Part shown: one piece after another, positions 1-10,285 of the stretch | How positions within the stretch are numbered: position 1 is the stretch's first letter | How the letters are laid out: every line of letters begins with the position of its first letter | Assembly (NCBI GenBank): GCA_018970425.1 | Contig: JAGWWK010000004.1 | Span: forward strand, 1,811 to 65,810 | Reading direction: 5' to 3' | DNA: 64,000 nucleotides | Source of the DNA: Patescibacteria group bacterium | GTDB taxonomy: Bacteria; Patescibacteriota; Minisyncoccia; Phycocordibacterales; Phycocordibacteraceae | Made by a program: the position numbers and the translations under genes | Notes under the pieces: generated by a model | Seen by the model: the letters and a program-made list of their open reading frames with translations, nothing else | What the model was told of the DNA's origin: nothing | Databases searched by the model: none

Positions 1-97
1 ACTCAGGAATTTCCGCGACCCCACCTCGGCTGTTTTCTGAGACAGAAAACATGCCTCCGGTCGGTCTCGTAGAGTGTAGAAACAAAACTATTTGTTT

Positions 98-672
98 CTA
101 CGCCTTCTCGACCCTCTCTACGTACTCACCAGTTTCGGTATTTACGCGAATAGTGTCTCCGGGGTTTATGAAAAGCGGCACGCTCACTACAGCCCCTGTC
201 TCAAGGGTAGCCTGTTTTGAGCCCCCGGAAACTGTATTTCCCTTGATGGCTGGCGGCGCATCTTTTATGACAAAGTCCATCTTAATAGGGAGGTGAACAC
301 CCAACAGTTCTCCTTCCCACGTGCGCATTTCCACGAGCATATTGGCTTTCATATAGGGAAGTTGGTCTTCAATCACTTCTGTGAGGAGTTTAAACCGATC
401 CTTCGGGTCAGTCGGGTCGCAAAACCAGGCCTCACCGCGGTTAGCGTAGAGAAACTTAACCTCTCGGCTTTCAACATCTGCTTCCTCGACTTTCTCAGCC
501 GCATGAAAAGCGATTTCAGAGACCTTACCATTCTTTAAATTTCTGAGCTTAGTCTGGTTGGATGGCTTGCCCATATCCTTACGCATCACGTGCGACTTCA
601 GGACGAGATAAATGTTTCCATCGAAGGTGATTACCTTTCCGGGAGTAATTTCACTGTAGGTGAGCGTTGCCA
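98..672 (-). CDS. efp: Translation elongation factor P
   Basis: The translation 'MATLTYSEITPGKVITFDGNIYLV...GAVVSVPLFINPGDTIRVNTETGEYVERV' aligns along its whole length with EF-P. The ORF track begins at a TTG at 682, but the ATG at 672 gives the canonical MAT... N-terminus. Confidence 0.9.
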
Positions 673-726
673 TGTAACTCAAAATCAGTTTGGTAAGTAA
701 GAGTAGTGTGACCCGTATACCATACC

Positions 727-1350
727 GTGACTATGAACCGAGCGCAAACGCTTGACGAGGGCAGAGGAAACACGCTACCGTTTAGTGTAGACGTGGACTA
801 CTCAACGCTCACTGACGAAGAGCTCTTGCGCCATTCGCTCAAGAACCCGGGTGCATTCGATGCTCTTATGCGAAGGCATCAGCGGGAGTTTCTGCTCCGA
901 GCACAATCAGTCGTTAAAACACGAGATGAGGCAGAGGATATAGTGCAGGAAACGTTCATCAGAATGTATCGATTTGCACCCAAGTTCTCATCAGCAAACG
1001 GCACATTTCGGGCATGGTCGATTACGATTCTTATGAATGTCGCGCGTACTAAATATCAGAAGAACGCGCGAGAGCGTGGCATCTTCGCGAAGCTCGAAGA
1101 CGAACACTTTGTCTCCCTGGCGGAAGTGGGGCGGAGTAGTCACGATGCATACCTAGATGAGGATGAGGTCAAACGCGTACTTGACCGAGTAGACGACAGC
1201 ACGGCGGAAATACTGCGCCTAGCGTACCTCGAAGGTCTGCCATATGACGAAATAGCACTACGGCTCGGCACTACGGCAGGAGCAGTAAAGGCACGAGTGC
1301 ATCGGGCGAAGATTGCCGTGCGCAACCTTCTCGGAGAAGCGTCAGTATAG
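727..1350 (+). CDS. RNA polymerase sigma factor, sigma-70/ECF-like (regions 2 and 4)
   Basis: A region-2-like stretch reads 'DIVQETFIRMYRF'. The C-terminus reads 'LAYLEGLPYDEIALRLGTTAGAVKARVHRA', a region-4 HTH. Length is 207 aa. Confidence 0.75.
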   Translation: MTMNRAQTLDEGRGNTLPFSVDVDYSTLTDEELLRHSLKNPGAFDALMRRHQREFLLRAQSVVKTRDEAEDIVQETFIRMYRFAPKFSSANGTFRAWSITILMNVARTKYQKNARERGIFAKLEDEHFVSLAEVGRSSHDAYLDEDEVKRVLDRVDDSTAEILRLAYLEGLPYDEIALRLGTTAGAVKARVHRAKIAVRNLLGEASV

Positions 1351-1399
1351 TAGGATAGCGGTAACCACCTAGTATTTATTTTGTAACCACGAACGCACC

Positions 1400-1750
1400 A
1401 TGAAAACAGATGCACAGATCAGAGCCCATGTGATGCGTCGCGTGTACGCTATCTATGTGATGCGCCAGCTCAAAAAGCCCGCGCCGCGCATCGCGGTTAT
1501 TGCGGCACTGCTCGGAGGTATTGCAAGCTCGGTATCTGTTGGTAGTGTCGCGATCAATGCGCTCGCCGCAGTGGGTGGGGGCAATATCGTTGGCTTCATG
1601 TTTGCGGCATTTCTTGGCACTACACTCGCTGTGCAGGTAATGACTATCGGCCTCCTTTCATCGATGGGGTGGTTTTTTCTTGATGGATTTAAAACAGTCG
1701 GAGCATATCTTCGACCAAGTCACGCACACGCTACCGTCAGTGCTCGCTAA
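1400..1750 (+). CDS. Small polytopic membrane protein; a possible anti-sigma partner given its position
   Basis: A 116-aa ORF sits 50 nt downstream of the sigma factor. It has a basic N-terminus followed by 2-3 hydrophobic segments. No recognisable family. Confidence 0.35.
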   Translation: MKTDAQIRAHVMRRVYAIYVMRQLKKPAPRIAVIAALLGGIASSVSVGSVAINALAAVGGGNIVGFMFAAFLGTTLAVQVMTIGLLSSMGWFFLDGFKTVGAYLRPSHAHATVSAR

Positions 1751-1759
1751 GGATAGGTG

Positions 1760-2782
1760 CTAGACCGTTGTAATTTTTTCCTTAATCTCCGTGAGAAGTG
1801 TTTCGCTTACGTCAGCATGTTCACGTAGGTACTGTCGGGTCGCGTCATATCCAACAGCGAGTTTCTGATCGCCCATTTTGTAGGTAGAGCCGGTCTTTAC
1901 GACGAGCCCATACTTCTCGCCGAGCGCGATGAGTTCTCCTTCTCGCGAAATTCCCTCGTTATACATCAGGTCAAACTCAGTCTGCTTGAATGGGGGACCG
2001 ACCTTATTCTTGACTACCTTCACACGAACGCGACCACCGACCACTTCTTCACCTTTCTTTATTTGCGCGATGCGGCGGATGTCGAGGCGCACCGATGTGT
2101 AGAATTTGAGCGCTTTTCCGCCTGGTGTCGTTTCAGGGTTCCCAAACATTACTCCGACCTGCATGCGAATCTGATTAATAAAGATGACTACAGTCTTCGA
2201 CTTTGCCACGATCGCGGTGAGTTTTCTAAGCGCTTGTGACATGAGGCGTGCCTGGCGTCCAACGTGCGTCTGCTCCATGTCACCCTCAATTTCCGCTTTT
2301 GGCGTTAGGGCCGCAACCGAATCTATGACAATGACATCAATTTTTCCCGAGCGAACGAGTGATTCTACTATGTCGAGCGCCTGCTCTCCGGTGTCAGGTT
2401 GAGATACCAAAAGATCCTCAACTTTTACACCGAGTCGCTTGGTGTAGTCCGGGTCTAGTGCGTGTTCAGCGTCAACGAAGGCGCAAATCCCGCCTCTTTT
2501 TTGTGCTTCTGCAATGATGTGAAGCGAGAGCGTGGTCTTACCAGAGGACTCAGGGCCAAATATTTCAATAATACGCCCTCGCGGCACACCACCGATCCCG
2601 AGCGCGGCGTCGAGCCCTATTGATCCTGTTGGTATAGCGTCAATACTCACGCGCGGAGCTGCTCCGAGCATCATGATAGCTTCTTCGCCAAACTTTGTTT
2701 TTATAGAGGCAAGCGCATCAGCTATCGACGCGTGACGATCTGACTTGGTCTCGGTCTGCGGAGCTTTCTTTTTGAGCGCCAT
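1760..2782 (-). CDS. recA: Recombinase RecA
   Basis: Walker A reads '[16 protein letters not shown]' and the conserved N-terminus reads '[22 protein letters not shown]'. The start is placed at the ATG at 2782 ('MALKKK'). The 45-codon upstream extension in the ORF track lacks RecA homology. Confidence 0.9.
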   Translation of the reverse strand: MALKKKAPQTETKSDRHASIADALASIKTKFGEEAIMMLGAAPRVSIDAIPTGSIGLDAALGIGGVPRGRIIEIFGPESSGKTTLSLHIIAEAQKRGGICAFVDAEHALDPDYTKRLGVKVEDLLVSQPDTGEQALDIVESLVRSGKIDVIVIDSVAALTPKAEIEGDMEQTHVGRQARLMSQALRKLTAIVAKSKTVVIFINQIRMQVGVMFGNPETTPGGKALKFYTSVRLDIRRIAQIKKGEEVVGGRVRVKVVKNKVGPPFKQTEFDLMYNEGISREGELIALGEKYGLVVKTGSTYKMGDQKLAVGYDATRQYLREHADVSETLLTEIKEKITTV

Positions 2783-3161
2783 GTAATGCTTCGTGAGTGT
2801 GTATAAAGCGTATCGTGCGTACTTCTTCGCGCCCAAATCGGTCGCGCGCCCGTACCTCAAACACAGTATAGCCCGCGGGGTAGGAGCGCTCCAGTCTGAA
2901 GGACCCATCCTCTCCAAGCGGAACAGGGTGTCCGTTCACTGAGAGGTGGGTGACGCGGGCGGTATGTCCTACGACGGCTACAGTATCGCCAACGACGGTC
3001 ATTCCTTGACTTGGAGTATCTACTGCGAGCAGAGGACCGCGGAGGAGTGGCGCGGTGACAAAAAGAGCGTACGCGAGAGTGAGTATTCCACCAACGGCGG
3101 CCGCAGCGAGATACGCGCGGTTACTGGTGGGCACTGAGAACACTCGCTCACGACTCATCAT
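2718..3161 (-). CDS. Hypothetical membrane-anchored protein with one TM helix and a beta-rich ectodomain
   Basis: The ORF lies between ftsK and recA. A TM segment reads '[25 protein letters not shown]'. The start was chosen at the internal Met to limit overlap with the ftsK stop. It overlaps the recA start by about 65 nt in a different frame. Confidence 0.35.
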   Translation of the reverse strand: MMSRERVFSVPTSNRAYLAAAAVGGILTLAYALFVTAPLLRGPLLAVDTPSQGMTVVGDTVAVVGHTARVTHLSVNGHPVPLGEDGSFRLERSYPAGYTVFEVRARDRFGREEVRTIRFIHTHEALHGAQKESSADRDQVRSSRVDS

Positions 3162-5319
3162 AGGTCTCTGCAGGGCGGCTAGAGAGGACTTCGCGCGGTC
3201 GAGCTCCATCTTGGGGACCGATAATCCCTTTTTCTTCCAAGAGGTCCATAAGGCGCGCCGCGCGAGAATATCCTATGCGTAGCTTGCGCTGAAGCAGAGA
3301 AGTAGAGGCGCGCCCGGCCTCCTCGACCGTCTGCTTAGCCTCTGCAAAGAGATCGTCATCGCCACCCTCATCTTCAAGGGTCGCGCTAAAAATAGCATTC
3401 GGCGAGGCATCATTGCTTTGCGCAGTTATCGCAATGTCATCAACAGCACGCTCATTGTTTGACCGGATAAATGACACAACCTCCTTAACCTCGTTTTCTG
3501 AGACAAACGCAGTCTGTATACGATGCGGTTTCGGCATATCGGCCGACTGGAAGAGCATATCGCCCGCACCCAGCAAGTTTTCCGCTCCCGGCGCATCGAG
3601 GATAGTGCGAGAGTCTATTTGTGACGCGACTTGGAGGGCAATACGGGCAGGTACGTTTGCCTTAATGAGGCCGGTGATAACGTTTACCGAAGGACGTTGC
3701 GTAGAGAGAACGAGGTGGATACCCACCGCGCGAGACATTTGAGCCAGTCGTACGACCGCAGCCTCTAGTTCACGAGGGTATGACTGCATAATGTCTGCAA
3801 GCTCGTCAATAAATATGACAATGTACGGCATCTGATCCGGTGCCTCTGAGTCACCATCGCCAGGCTTCCATGTGGCAACAACATTCTCGTGGTACGAGCC
3901 AATATCTCGTACGGAGTGCGTTTCTAAAAGGTTATACCGGCGTTCCATCTCTTTACCCGCCCACTTGAGGGCAAGAATGGCTTTCTTGGGGTCTGTAATG
4001 ACGGGGGTAAGGAGGTGCGGAATGCCGTTGTAGAGGGTTAACTCCACGCGCTTTGGATCGATCATGATAAACCGCAGCGTCCCTGGCCCGTTCCTGAAGA
4101 GGAGGGAGCTGATCATGGTGTGGATGGTGACTGACTTACCTGAGCCGGTTGCACCCGCGACGAGGAGGTGCGGCATTTTTGCGAGATTGAGGTAGTGCGG
4201 ACTGCCTGCGATGTCGCGACCGAGCGCGCAGAAGAGTGGTCGTTTTTCAGTGCGAAACTTGTCATCTGAGAGGAGGGACGCGAGCGCGACCGTGGCTTTC
4301 TTTTGATTAGGTACCTCAATACCCACCAACGACTTGCCTGGAATGGGGGCTTCAATACGTATTGGCGAGGCGGCGAGCGCAAGTTCAAGATTGTTCTGGA
4401 GAGAGACAATTTTTTGAAGGCGTACTCCTTCGGCTGGCTTTAGGGCAAAACGCGTGACTGTAGGGCCAATAGCTACCTCATCCATGTCTACAGTGATTCC
4501 AAAGTTTTGCAGCGTACGCTTTATGATATTGGCGTTTGCCTTAATGTCGCCAGTTTCTGGCTTGCCCTTCTCTCGTTCAAGAAGAGACATCGGAGGCGGG
4601 GTGTAGGCAACATCGCTTAGCTGAAATCCGACTGCAGCTGGTACATCATCCTGCGCTATTGGCTCGGGCTTCTTCTCAGTGCGGCGGAAGGGGGTAAAAA
4701 CCTTCGGTACCTCATCCCGAGGCTCCGGCTCATCCGCTACTCCATCTGAAGGTGCATCAGATTCATCGGCGTCTACATCTGACGCGTCAGTCGTATCGTC
4801 TTCTGTGGTCGAGCGAGGGAAGCGGAGTGGCGTGTCGAGCGCGAGTAGTGTGCCGACAAGTGCGATAGCCGCGAGCACGATACTTCCAAAAATCACGTCA
4901 AAGAGCGCTACGAACGGGTAGGCGATTGCACCCCCGACAAGCCCGCCATACTCACCAGCGACGGAAAGAATAGCGATACCTGAGGCAAACAGAAGTGCAG
5001 CACCGAACGCGCGAGTACCCCCGACACCGGATGGTTCACGGTCACGGAACAACCCAATCGCCATAAACGCGAACGAAAGCGGTATCAAAAAATACCCAAA
5101 GCCGAAAAGAGTCTCCTTCAGCACCTCATAAATCAGATCGCCAAGCTGTCCTGCGTACCCTACAGACGCAAGGAGGAAGAGAAGCGCAACAATAAGCGCA
5201 AGGAGAGCGTAGATACTCCGCAGTGTTTCTGCACGCACTGCAAGGGAAACGGATGGGATTGAAAAACGAGGAGGTAACGGTTCTTTTGCGCGCTGTCTTT
5301 TCTGAACTTTTTTCGCCAT
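3148..5319 (-). CDS. ftsK: DNA translocase FtsK/SpoIIIE
   Basis: There are N-terminal TM helices, then an acidic linker, then a motor domain with Walker A 'VAGATGSGKSV'. The C-terminal gamma domain reads 'LLQRKLRIGYSRAARLMDLLEEKGIIGP'. Confidence 0.9.
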   Translation of the reverse strand: MAKKVQKRQRAKEPLPPRFSIPSVSLAVRAETLRSIYALLALIVALLFLLASVGYAGQLGDLIYEVLKETLFGFGYFLIPLSFAFMAIGLFRDREPSGVGGTRAFGAALLFASGIAILSVAGEYGGLVGGAIAYPFVALFDVIFGSIVLAAIALVGTLLALDTPLRFPRSTTEDDTTDASDVDADESDAPSDGVADEPEPRDEVPKVFTPFRRTEKKPEPIAQDDVPAAVGFQLSDVAYTPPPMSLLEREKGKPETGDIKANANIIKRTLQNFGITVDMDEVAIGPTVTRFALKPAEGVRLQKIVSLQNNLELALAASPIRIEAPIPGKSLVGIEVPNQKKATVALASLLSDDKFRTEKRPLFCALGRDIAGSPHYLNLAKMPHLLVAGATGSGKSVTIHTMISSLLFRNGPGTLRFIMIDPKRVELTLYNGIPHLLTPVITDPKKAILALKWAGKEMERRYNLLETHSVRDIGSYHENVVATWKPGDGDSEAPDQMPYIVIFIDELADIMQSYPRELEAAVVRLAQMSRAVGIHLVLSTQRPSVNVITGLIKANVPARIALQVASQIDSRTILDAPGAENLLGAGDMLFQSADMPKPHRIQTAFVSENEVKEVVSFIRSNNERAVDDIAITAQSNDASPNAIFSATLEDEGGDDDLFAEAKQTVEEAGRASTSLLQRKLRIGYSRAARLMDLLEEKGIIGPQDGARPREVLSSRPAETYDES

Positions 5320-5431
5320 ATGTACTACATAAGTGTACCACTCTGAGACCTGAAAAGCGGGTCCGTCAAGTTGACCGATAGGCCAGAACGACTGTACGCT
5401 GTCCTAGAGATAAAAAGGCCTTAAAAAGACT

Positions 5432-6151
5432 ATGACTGATGAAATAAAAGACCCTTCAAAGCATATTCAAAGGTCACGCACCGACAAAGACATGTCTATA
5501 CTATATCCCACTGCATTTGCTAATGAGCACCACGCGTATGTGTCGCGTAAGGCAGAGAGACTATCAACCGCAATACATGTAGTCACTGGATTTATTGGTA
5601 AAGATGAGCCTATCCGCAAGTTTCTCAGAGAAATTTCAATCACCCTTATGAGTGCGGCCACAGATCGCACACGTCTTGCCGAGCTTGGCCCCGAATCTTT
5701 TTCCTCACGCTGCGCAGAGGTCGGGCACCTTTTGAATACCGCGGAGGCCTCCGGCCTTGTCTCTGCCATGAATGCTCGGCTTATTGCGGACGAGTATGCA
5801 AAGCTCGCCACATTTGTATCAGACAGATATGAGTTCATTAGACTACAGACGGCAGACATAAAAGACACTTTCACCATAAGACATTCGCAGGATTCCAAAA
5901 AGACACCAGTAGCTAATTCTGTGGCAATCGAAGATGGTTTATATATAAAGGACACAAGCACAGTGTCCGGTAGAAAGGCGGACTTGCTCAGTCTTTTTAA
6001 TACGCGCGATAAGATTTCTATAAAGGACGCGGTGCAGTCTGTCCGCGGTGTGTCTGAGAAGACAATTCAGCGCGACCTGCTTGCGCTTGTGGCGGATGGG
6101 GTCCTAGTCAAGGAGGGGGAGCGGCGCTGGTCGGTGTATAGGAAGGCCTAG
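5432..6151 (+). CDS. Hypothetical protein with a C-terminal winged-helix (DeoR-like) HTH
   Basis: The C-terminus 'ISIKDAVQSVRGVSEKTIQRDLLALVADGVLVKEGERRWSVY' resembles a DeoR/wHTH DNA-binding module. The N-terminal 180 aa have no recognisable family. Confidence 0.45.
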   Translation: MTDEIKDPSKHIQRSRTDKDMSILYPTAFANEHHAYVSRKAERLSTAIHVVTGFIGKDEPIRKFLREISITLMSAATDRTRLAELGPESFSSRCAEVGHLLNTAEASGLVSAMNARLIADEYAKLATFVSDRYEFIRLQTADIKDTFTIRHSQDSKKTPVANSVAIEDGLYIKDTSTVSGRKADLLSLFNTRDKISIKDAVQSVRGVSEKTIQRDLLALVADGVLVKEGERRWSVYRKA

Positions 6152-6704
6152 GCGTAGCGCAGATTATGCGTAAGCTCATTGTGCGCGCTCTCTATATATA
6201 GAGTGCGGCCACTGAGTCCGGTGTCCGCGGTGCTGTCCCTGCAGGCTGTATCGGATTCCTTTGGTGTTGCGCGTGTTCTCCGTTGGTTGCATCAGAGGCC
6301 GCTTTACGGTACTATAGCGGGGTGGTATTTGGACTCCCACTCAATCAGTCCTCCGCTTTCTAGGGAGGATTTTGGGCGTCTAAGTAATCCACATAACCCA
6401 CAGGTACCGTCTGCCTCGCACTAAGTACGGTGGCGGTATACTGGCTAGAACCGGTTCCCCTCGGGATCGGGGGAGTGCGTAGCACTCCTTAGCTCATTGA
6501 CATGTACATATACCGGCCAAGAATTTGTTAGGTTACTTTTTTCTGTGCGGAAGCTCTGTCCAGTGGCGGCTCTCTCCCGAACTCCTCATTCTTTCTTAGC
6601 CATTCAACCTTCCGAACGCTCTGTTGTGCGCGGTCGGTAGGGAATGGAATTAGTTGTGCTTTATCAGTTAGTAGTTAATAACTTTACAAGTTCGCTAGTT
6701 ACTT

Positions 6705-9700
6705 ATGACTCTTAAGAACACTTTTGCGAAAGTTGCATCCGTTGCGGTTGCAGCTTCGCTGGTTGTCGGAGTTGCGACTTTCGGTGCTACAGCAAATGCT
6801 GCAGCGCTTACATCGGCGCAGGTCCAGTCAATCATCTCGCTCCTTCAGTCTTTCGGGGCTGATGCGACGACTATCGCGAACGTCCAGGCATCTCTCACGG
6901 GTTCTGCTCCGTCAGTCCCGTCGACGCCTTCGACTCCGGCATCATGCTCATTCACGCGCGATCTTACGATCGGTGCGACAGGTGCTGATGTTACAGCGCT
7001 CCAGCAGCGCTTGATCGCGAACGGCTACTCGATCGCAGCAGGTGCTACGGGCCGCTTCGGCTCGCAGACCCAGGCAGCGGTCAAGGCATGGCAGACAGCG
7101 TCAGGCATCACGCCTGCAGCTGGCTACTTCGGCGCTCGATCTCGCTCGGCGCTCTGCGCAGGCGGTACGGTAACGACTCCGACCACTCCGGTTGCGGGCA
7201 CGGGCCTTACAGTCTCAGCAGGTGCATCGATCGCGAATGCTCTTGCACCACAGGGTGCATCACGCGTTCCGTTCACGAACTTTAGCGTCACTGCAGGTAC
7301 TGACGGCGACGTGACCGTTAACTCGGTTACTGTCCAGCGCGTTGGTTCCGCTCAGAACGCATCGTTCGCGGGCGTGATCCTTGTCGACCTCGACACAGGC
7401 ATGCAGGTTGGTACTTCAAAGACCTTCAATTCGAACAACCAGACAAATGTCGGTGCTCCAATGGTGGTCAAGGCAGGTACGACCAAGCGCTTCCAGATCG
7501 CAGGCAACATGAACTCGTCGCTCTCAAGCTACGCGGGTGAAGTCCCGGGTATCTCAGTGATCGGCGTGAACACTTCTGCTGCGGTCTCTGGCTCGCTCCC
7601 AATTACGGGTGCATTCCACACGATCAACGCGACACTCACTGTCGGCTCGCTCACACTCGCTTCATCGAACGCATTTGCCTCAAACGCAAACGCATCGAAG
7701 GAGATCGGTACTACCGGTCAGCGCGTAACGGGCTTCCGCCTCACGGCAGGTTCTGCTGAAGATGTGCGCCTCAAAACGCTCACCTTCAACCAGACTGGCT
7801 CTGTTTCAGCTAACGACCTCGCAAATGTGATGGTTATGGTTGGTACGCAGTCATACCCGATGACGGTCTCTGCAGACGGTAAGTACTACACAGCATCACT
7901 CGGCTCAGGCCTCGTGATTGCAAAGGGTAATCAGGTTGACGTCTACGTAACGTACGACATCGTGGGATCAAACTCATCGGGTCGCACGGTCATCTTTGAC
8001 GTTGATAAGAACACCGATATCTTCGGTACTGGTGAGATCTATGGCTACGGAATTTCTCCGGCAGTAGGATCAAGCGCAGTTCCGACGTCACGCGGTACGT
8101 TCACGATCACTTCAGGAACTCCATTCATCTACGCTACTCAGGTCTCTGTGACCGGCGCTTCGGCGACGACCATCACGAAGGCTAACGAGGTTCCGGCGCA
8201 GAACATTGCAATCAACGTTCCGAACCAGCCGCTTGGTGGCTACATCGTAGACCTCAAGGGTGAGGACATGACGGTTGCGTCATCAGTCTTCACGATCGCA
8301 TCGACCACTGGTTCAGGTACAGGCCTCCTCACGAACCTCACGATTGTCGACGGAAACGGCGCGGTCGTTGCAGGTCCGGTTGACGCGGTCTACACCAACT
8401 CAACTACGCAGACCGTGACCTTCACCGATACGATCACCTACAAGGTTGGTCGCGGTGTCTACACGCTCCGCGGTAAGGTTGCGTCAACGATCGGTGGCAA
8501 TGGTACGTACGTAGTTTCGACCAACCCTTCAACGGGATGGACGACGGTCAAGGGCGTCACGACGGGTAACACCATCTCGCTCTCATCGTACGGCTCGTTC
8601 TCACTGAACACGATGACGGTTAAGGCGGGTGCATTGGTTATCGGTCCGGCAGCATCGCCTGCATCGCAGACGATCACTCCGGGCGGATCATCGGTTCTCC
8701 TTTCGAACTTCCAGTTCGATGCCTCACAGTCTGGTGAAGATGTTCGCATCTCATCACTTCCTGCTCGCCTCACGTTTGCAACAGGTGCAGCTACTGAGCT
8801 CACTTCGTGCGCAATCTTTGACGGCAGCACACAGCTCTCAACTGGTTCGAACGTTGTGAATCCGTCAGGCACCTCGCCTTCGGACAACACGTTCACCCTC
8901 GACAATCCGGTAACGATTCTCAAGGGTACAGTTAAGACGCTCGGCCTCCGCTGTAACGTTTCAGGTTCGGCAACGAACAATGCAACGTTCGCATGGGCAC
9001 CGGGTGCAGCTGCATTCACCACGAACTTCACTGTTACGGGCGCTACCTCAGGTACGTCTGTGACACCGACCGCAAGCTCGGGCACTGCTCCGACCTTCAC
9101 GATCGGTACTGGTTCGGTCACGGTTACGACCGACGCATCATCACCGAGCTACCAGCTCGCCGCAGCTAACTCGACCGGCGTGACGAACGTCGCAATCAAG
9201 TTCCGCGCGACGAACGAGGATGTCAACCTCCAGAAGGTTGGCCTCCAGCTCACCAACACTGCATCATCATCAGCGTCTGACCTCGTGAAGGTCTCACTCT
9301 GGGATGGCGCAACGAAGGTCGGTGAAGCGACATTCTTGAGTGGTTCAACCGTTGCAACTTCGACCCTTACCTCAACCGTGCTTCTTACGAAGAACTCGGA
9401 CAAGGTACTTACGGTCAAGGCTGACTACGGTGCAATCGGTACTGGCGAGGCAGTTACCTTCTCAGGTCGCCTCGTTGCTATTGACTACAGGAATGCTGAG
9501 GGTACTGGCGCACAGTCAGGCACCACCATCTTCCCGTCGGGCTCATCAGCATCAGCTGGTACGCGCGTCATGAAGTCATTCCCAACCGTCTCGGTTGCGG
9601 GTACGATCAACGGTTCTACCGGTCTTGCGGACGGACGCCTCATGCAGTTCAAAGTAACTGCAGATGCAGCTGGCCCAATTGGTATCACCCAGTTTGCGTT

Positions 9701-10187
9701 GAACCTCGCGACTACAACCGCGTCGGTCACCAACGTAAACATCCTGGGCTTCACGGATTCGGGCTTCTCGACTCCGGTCTCAGGCGTTACAGCTGACGGC
9801 TCTCTCGAGGCAACAGCAAACGCTGTCCCGGGCACCGGCAACGTCATCGTGAACGTCCAGACCTCTGGCGGCACGGCGACTGCGATCCAGGTTCCGGCAG
9901 GCGGCACTCGCTTCTTCGAGGTTCGCGGTTCAGTTTCCGGCACTGCGACAGGTGCAGCGGTTACGACCAAGCTCCTTGGTTCGTCATCGTTCCCGTCAAC
10001 GTCGGCAACGGTTAACCAGAACCCACTCCTTGCGGCTTCGGCTACAGGAGTAAGTGCGTCAGATGCGGTATTCGTCTGGTCACCTAACTCGACCACGACG
10101 GCTACGCGCAGCGACCAGGACTGGACGAACGGTTACGGTGTAACTGGTCTCCCAGCAGGCGGTCTCTTCGCGACCCGCTCACACTAA
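6705..10187 (+). CDS. Large secreted surface protein: signal peptide, peptidoglycan-binding domain, then a repetitive Thr/Ser/Gly/Val-rich beta-rich region (putative adhesin or S-layer-like)
   Basis: The signal peptide reads 'MTLKNTFAKVASVAVAASLVVGVATFGATANA'. A PG_binding_1-like segment reads 'DLTIGATGADVTALQQRLIANGYS...GRFGSQTQAAVKAWQ'. About 1000 aa of low-complexity T/S/G/V/A-rich sequence with recurring 'TVTxxT' strands follows. The ORF is long, uninterrupted and codon-consistent. Confidence 0.8.
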   Translation: MTLKNTFAKVASVAVAASLVVGVATFGATANAAALTSAQVQSIISLLQSFGADATTIANVQASLTGSAPSVPSTPSTPASCSFTRDLTIGATGADVTALQQRLIANGYSIAAGATGRFGSQTQAAVKAWQTASGITPAAGYFGARSRSALCAGGTVTTPTTPVAGTGLTVSAGASIANALAPQGASRVPFTNFSVTAGTDGDVTVNSVTVQRVGSAQNASFAGVILVDLDTGMQVGTSKTFNSNNQTNVGAPMVVKAGTTKRFQIAGNMNSSLSSYAGEVPGISVIGVNTSAAVSGSLPITGAFHTINATLTVGSLTLASSNAFASNANASKEIGTTGQRVTGFRLTAGSAEDVRLKTLTFNQTGSVSANDLANVMVMVGTQSYPMTVSADGKYYTASLGSGLVIAKGNQVDVYVTYDIVGSNSSGRTVIFDVDKNTDIFGTGEIYGYGISPAVGSSAVPTSRGTFTITSGTPFIYATQVSVTGASATTITKANEVPAQNIAINVPNQPLGGYIVDLKGEDMTVASSVFTIASTTGSGTGLLTNLTIVDGNGAVVAGPVDAVYTNSTTQTVTFTDTITYKVGRGVYTLRGKVASTIGGNGTYVVSTNPSTGWTTVKGVTTGNTISLSSYGSFSLNTMTVKAGALVIGPAASPASQTITPGGSSVLLSNFQFDASQSGEDVRISSLPARLTFATGAATELTSCAIFDGSTQLSTGSNVVNPSGTSPSDNTFTLDNPVTILKGTVKTLGLRCNVSGSATNNATFAWAPGAAAFTTNFTVTGATSGTSVTPTASSGTAPTFTIGTGSVTVTTDASSPSYQLAAANSTGVTNVAIKFRATNEDVNLQKVGLQLTNTASSSASDLVKVSLWDGATKVGEATFLSGSTVATSTLTSTVLLTKNSDKVLTVKADYGAIGTGEAVTFSGRLVAIDYRNAEGTGAQSGTTIFPSGSSASAGTRVMKSFPTVSVAGTINGSTGLADGRLMQFKVTADAAGPIGITQFALNLATTTASVTNVNILGFTDSGFSTPVSGVTADGSLEATANAVPGTGNVIVNVQTSGGTATAIQVPAGGTRFFEVRGSVSGTATGAAVTTKLLGSSSFPSTSATVNQNPLLAASATGVSASDAVFVWSPNSTTTATRSDQDWTNGYGVTGLPAGGLFATRSH

Positions 10188-10225
10188 TCCTCACGGGTTA
10201 GTCAGGTCAGCACAGTGGCTGACGC

Positions 10226-10254
10226 AAAAAACCTCCCTCACGGGAGGTTTTTTG
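10226..10254 (+). terminator. Rho-independent terminator after the large surface-protein gene
   Basis: The hairpin 'aaaaaCCTCCCtcacGGGAGGttttttg' has a GC-rich stem and a T-run. Confidence 0.65.
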
Positions 10255-10285
10255 TTTGTCTGCGTAGACAGGGTATACTGGCGCC

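Noticed and set aside
1760-2917. RecA with a 45-residue N-terminal extension (start at 2917)
   Set aside because: The extension has no RecA homology. The canonical N-terminal helix begins right after the ATG at 2782 (MALKKK...[14 protein letters not shown]). The long form would also engulf most of the upstream small gene.
8459-10096. Long antisense ORFs (8459-9121 and 9485-10096, minus strand) inside the giant surface-protein gene
   Set aside because: High-GC, repeat-rich coding sequence routinely yields long antisense open frames. The sense-strand protein has a signal peptide and a recognisable domain, and the antisense ones do not.
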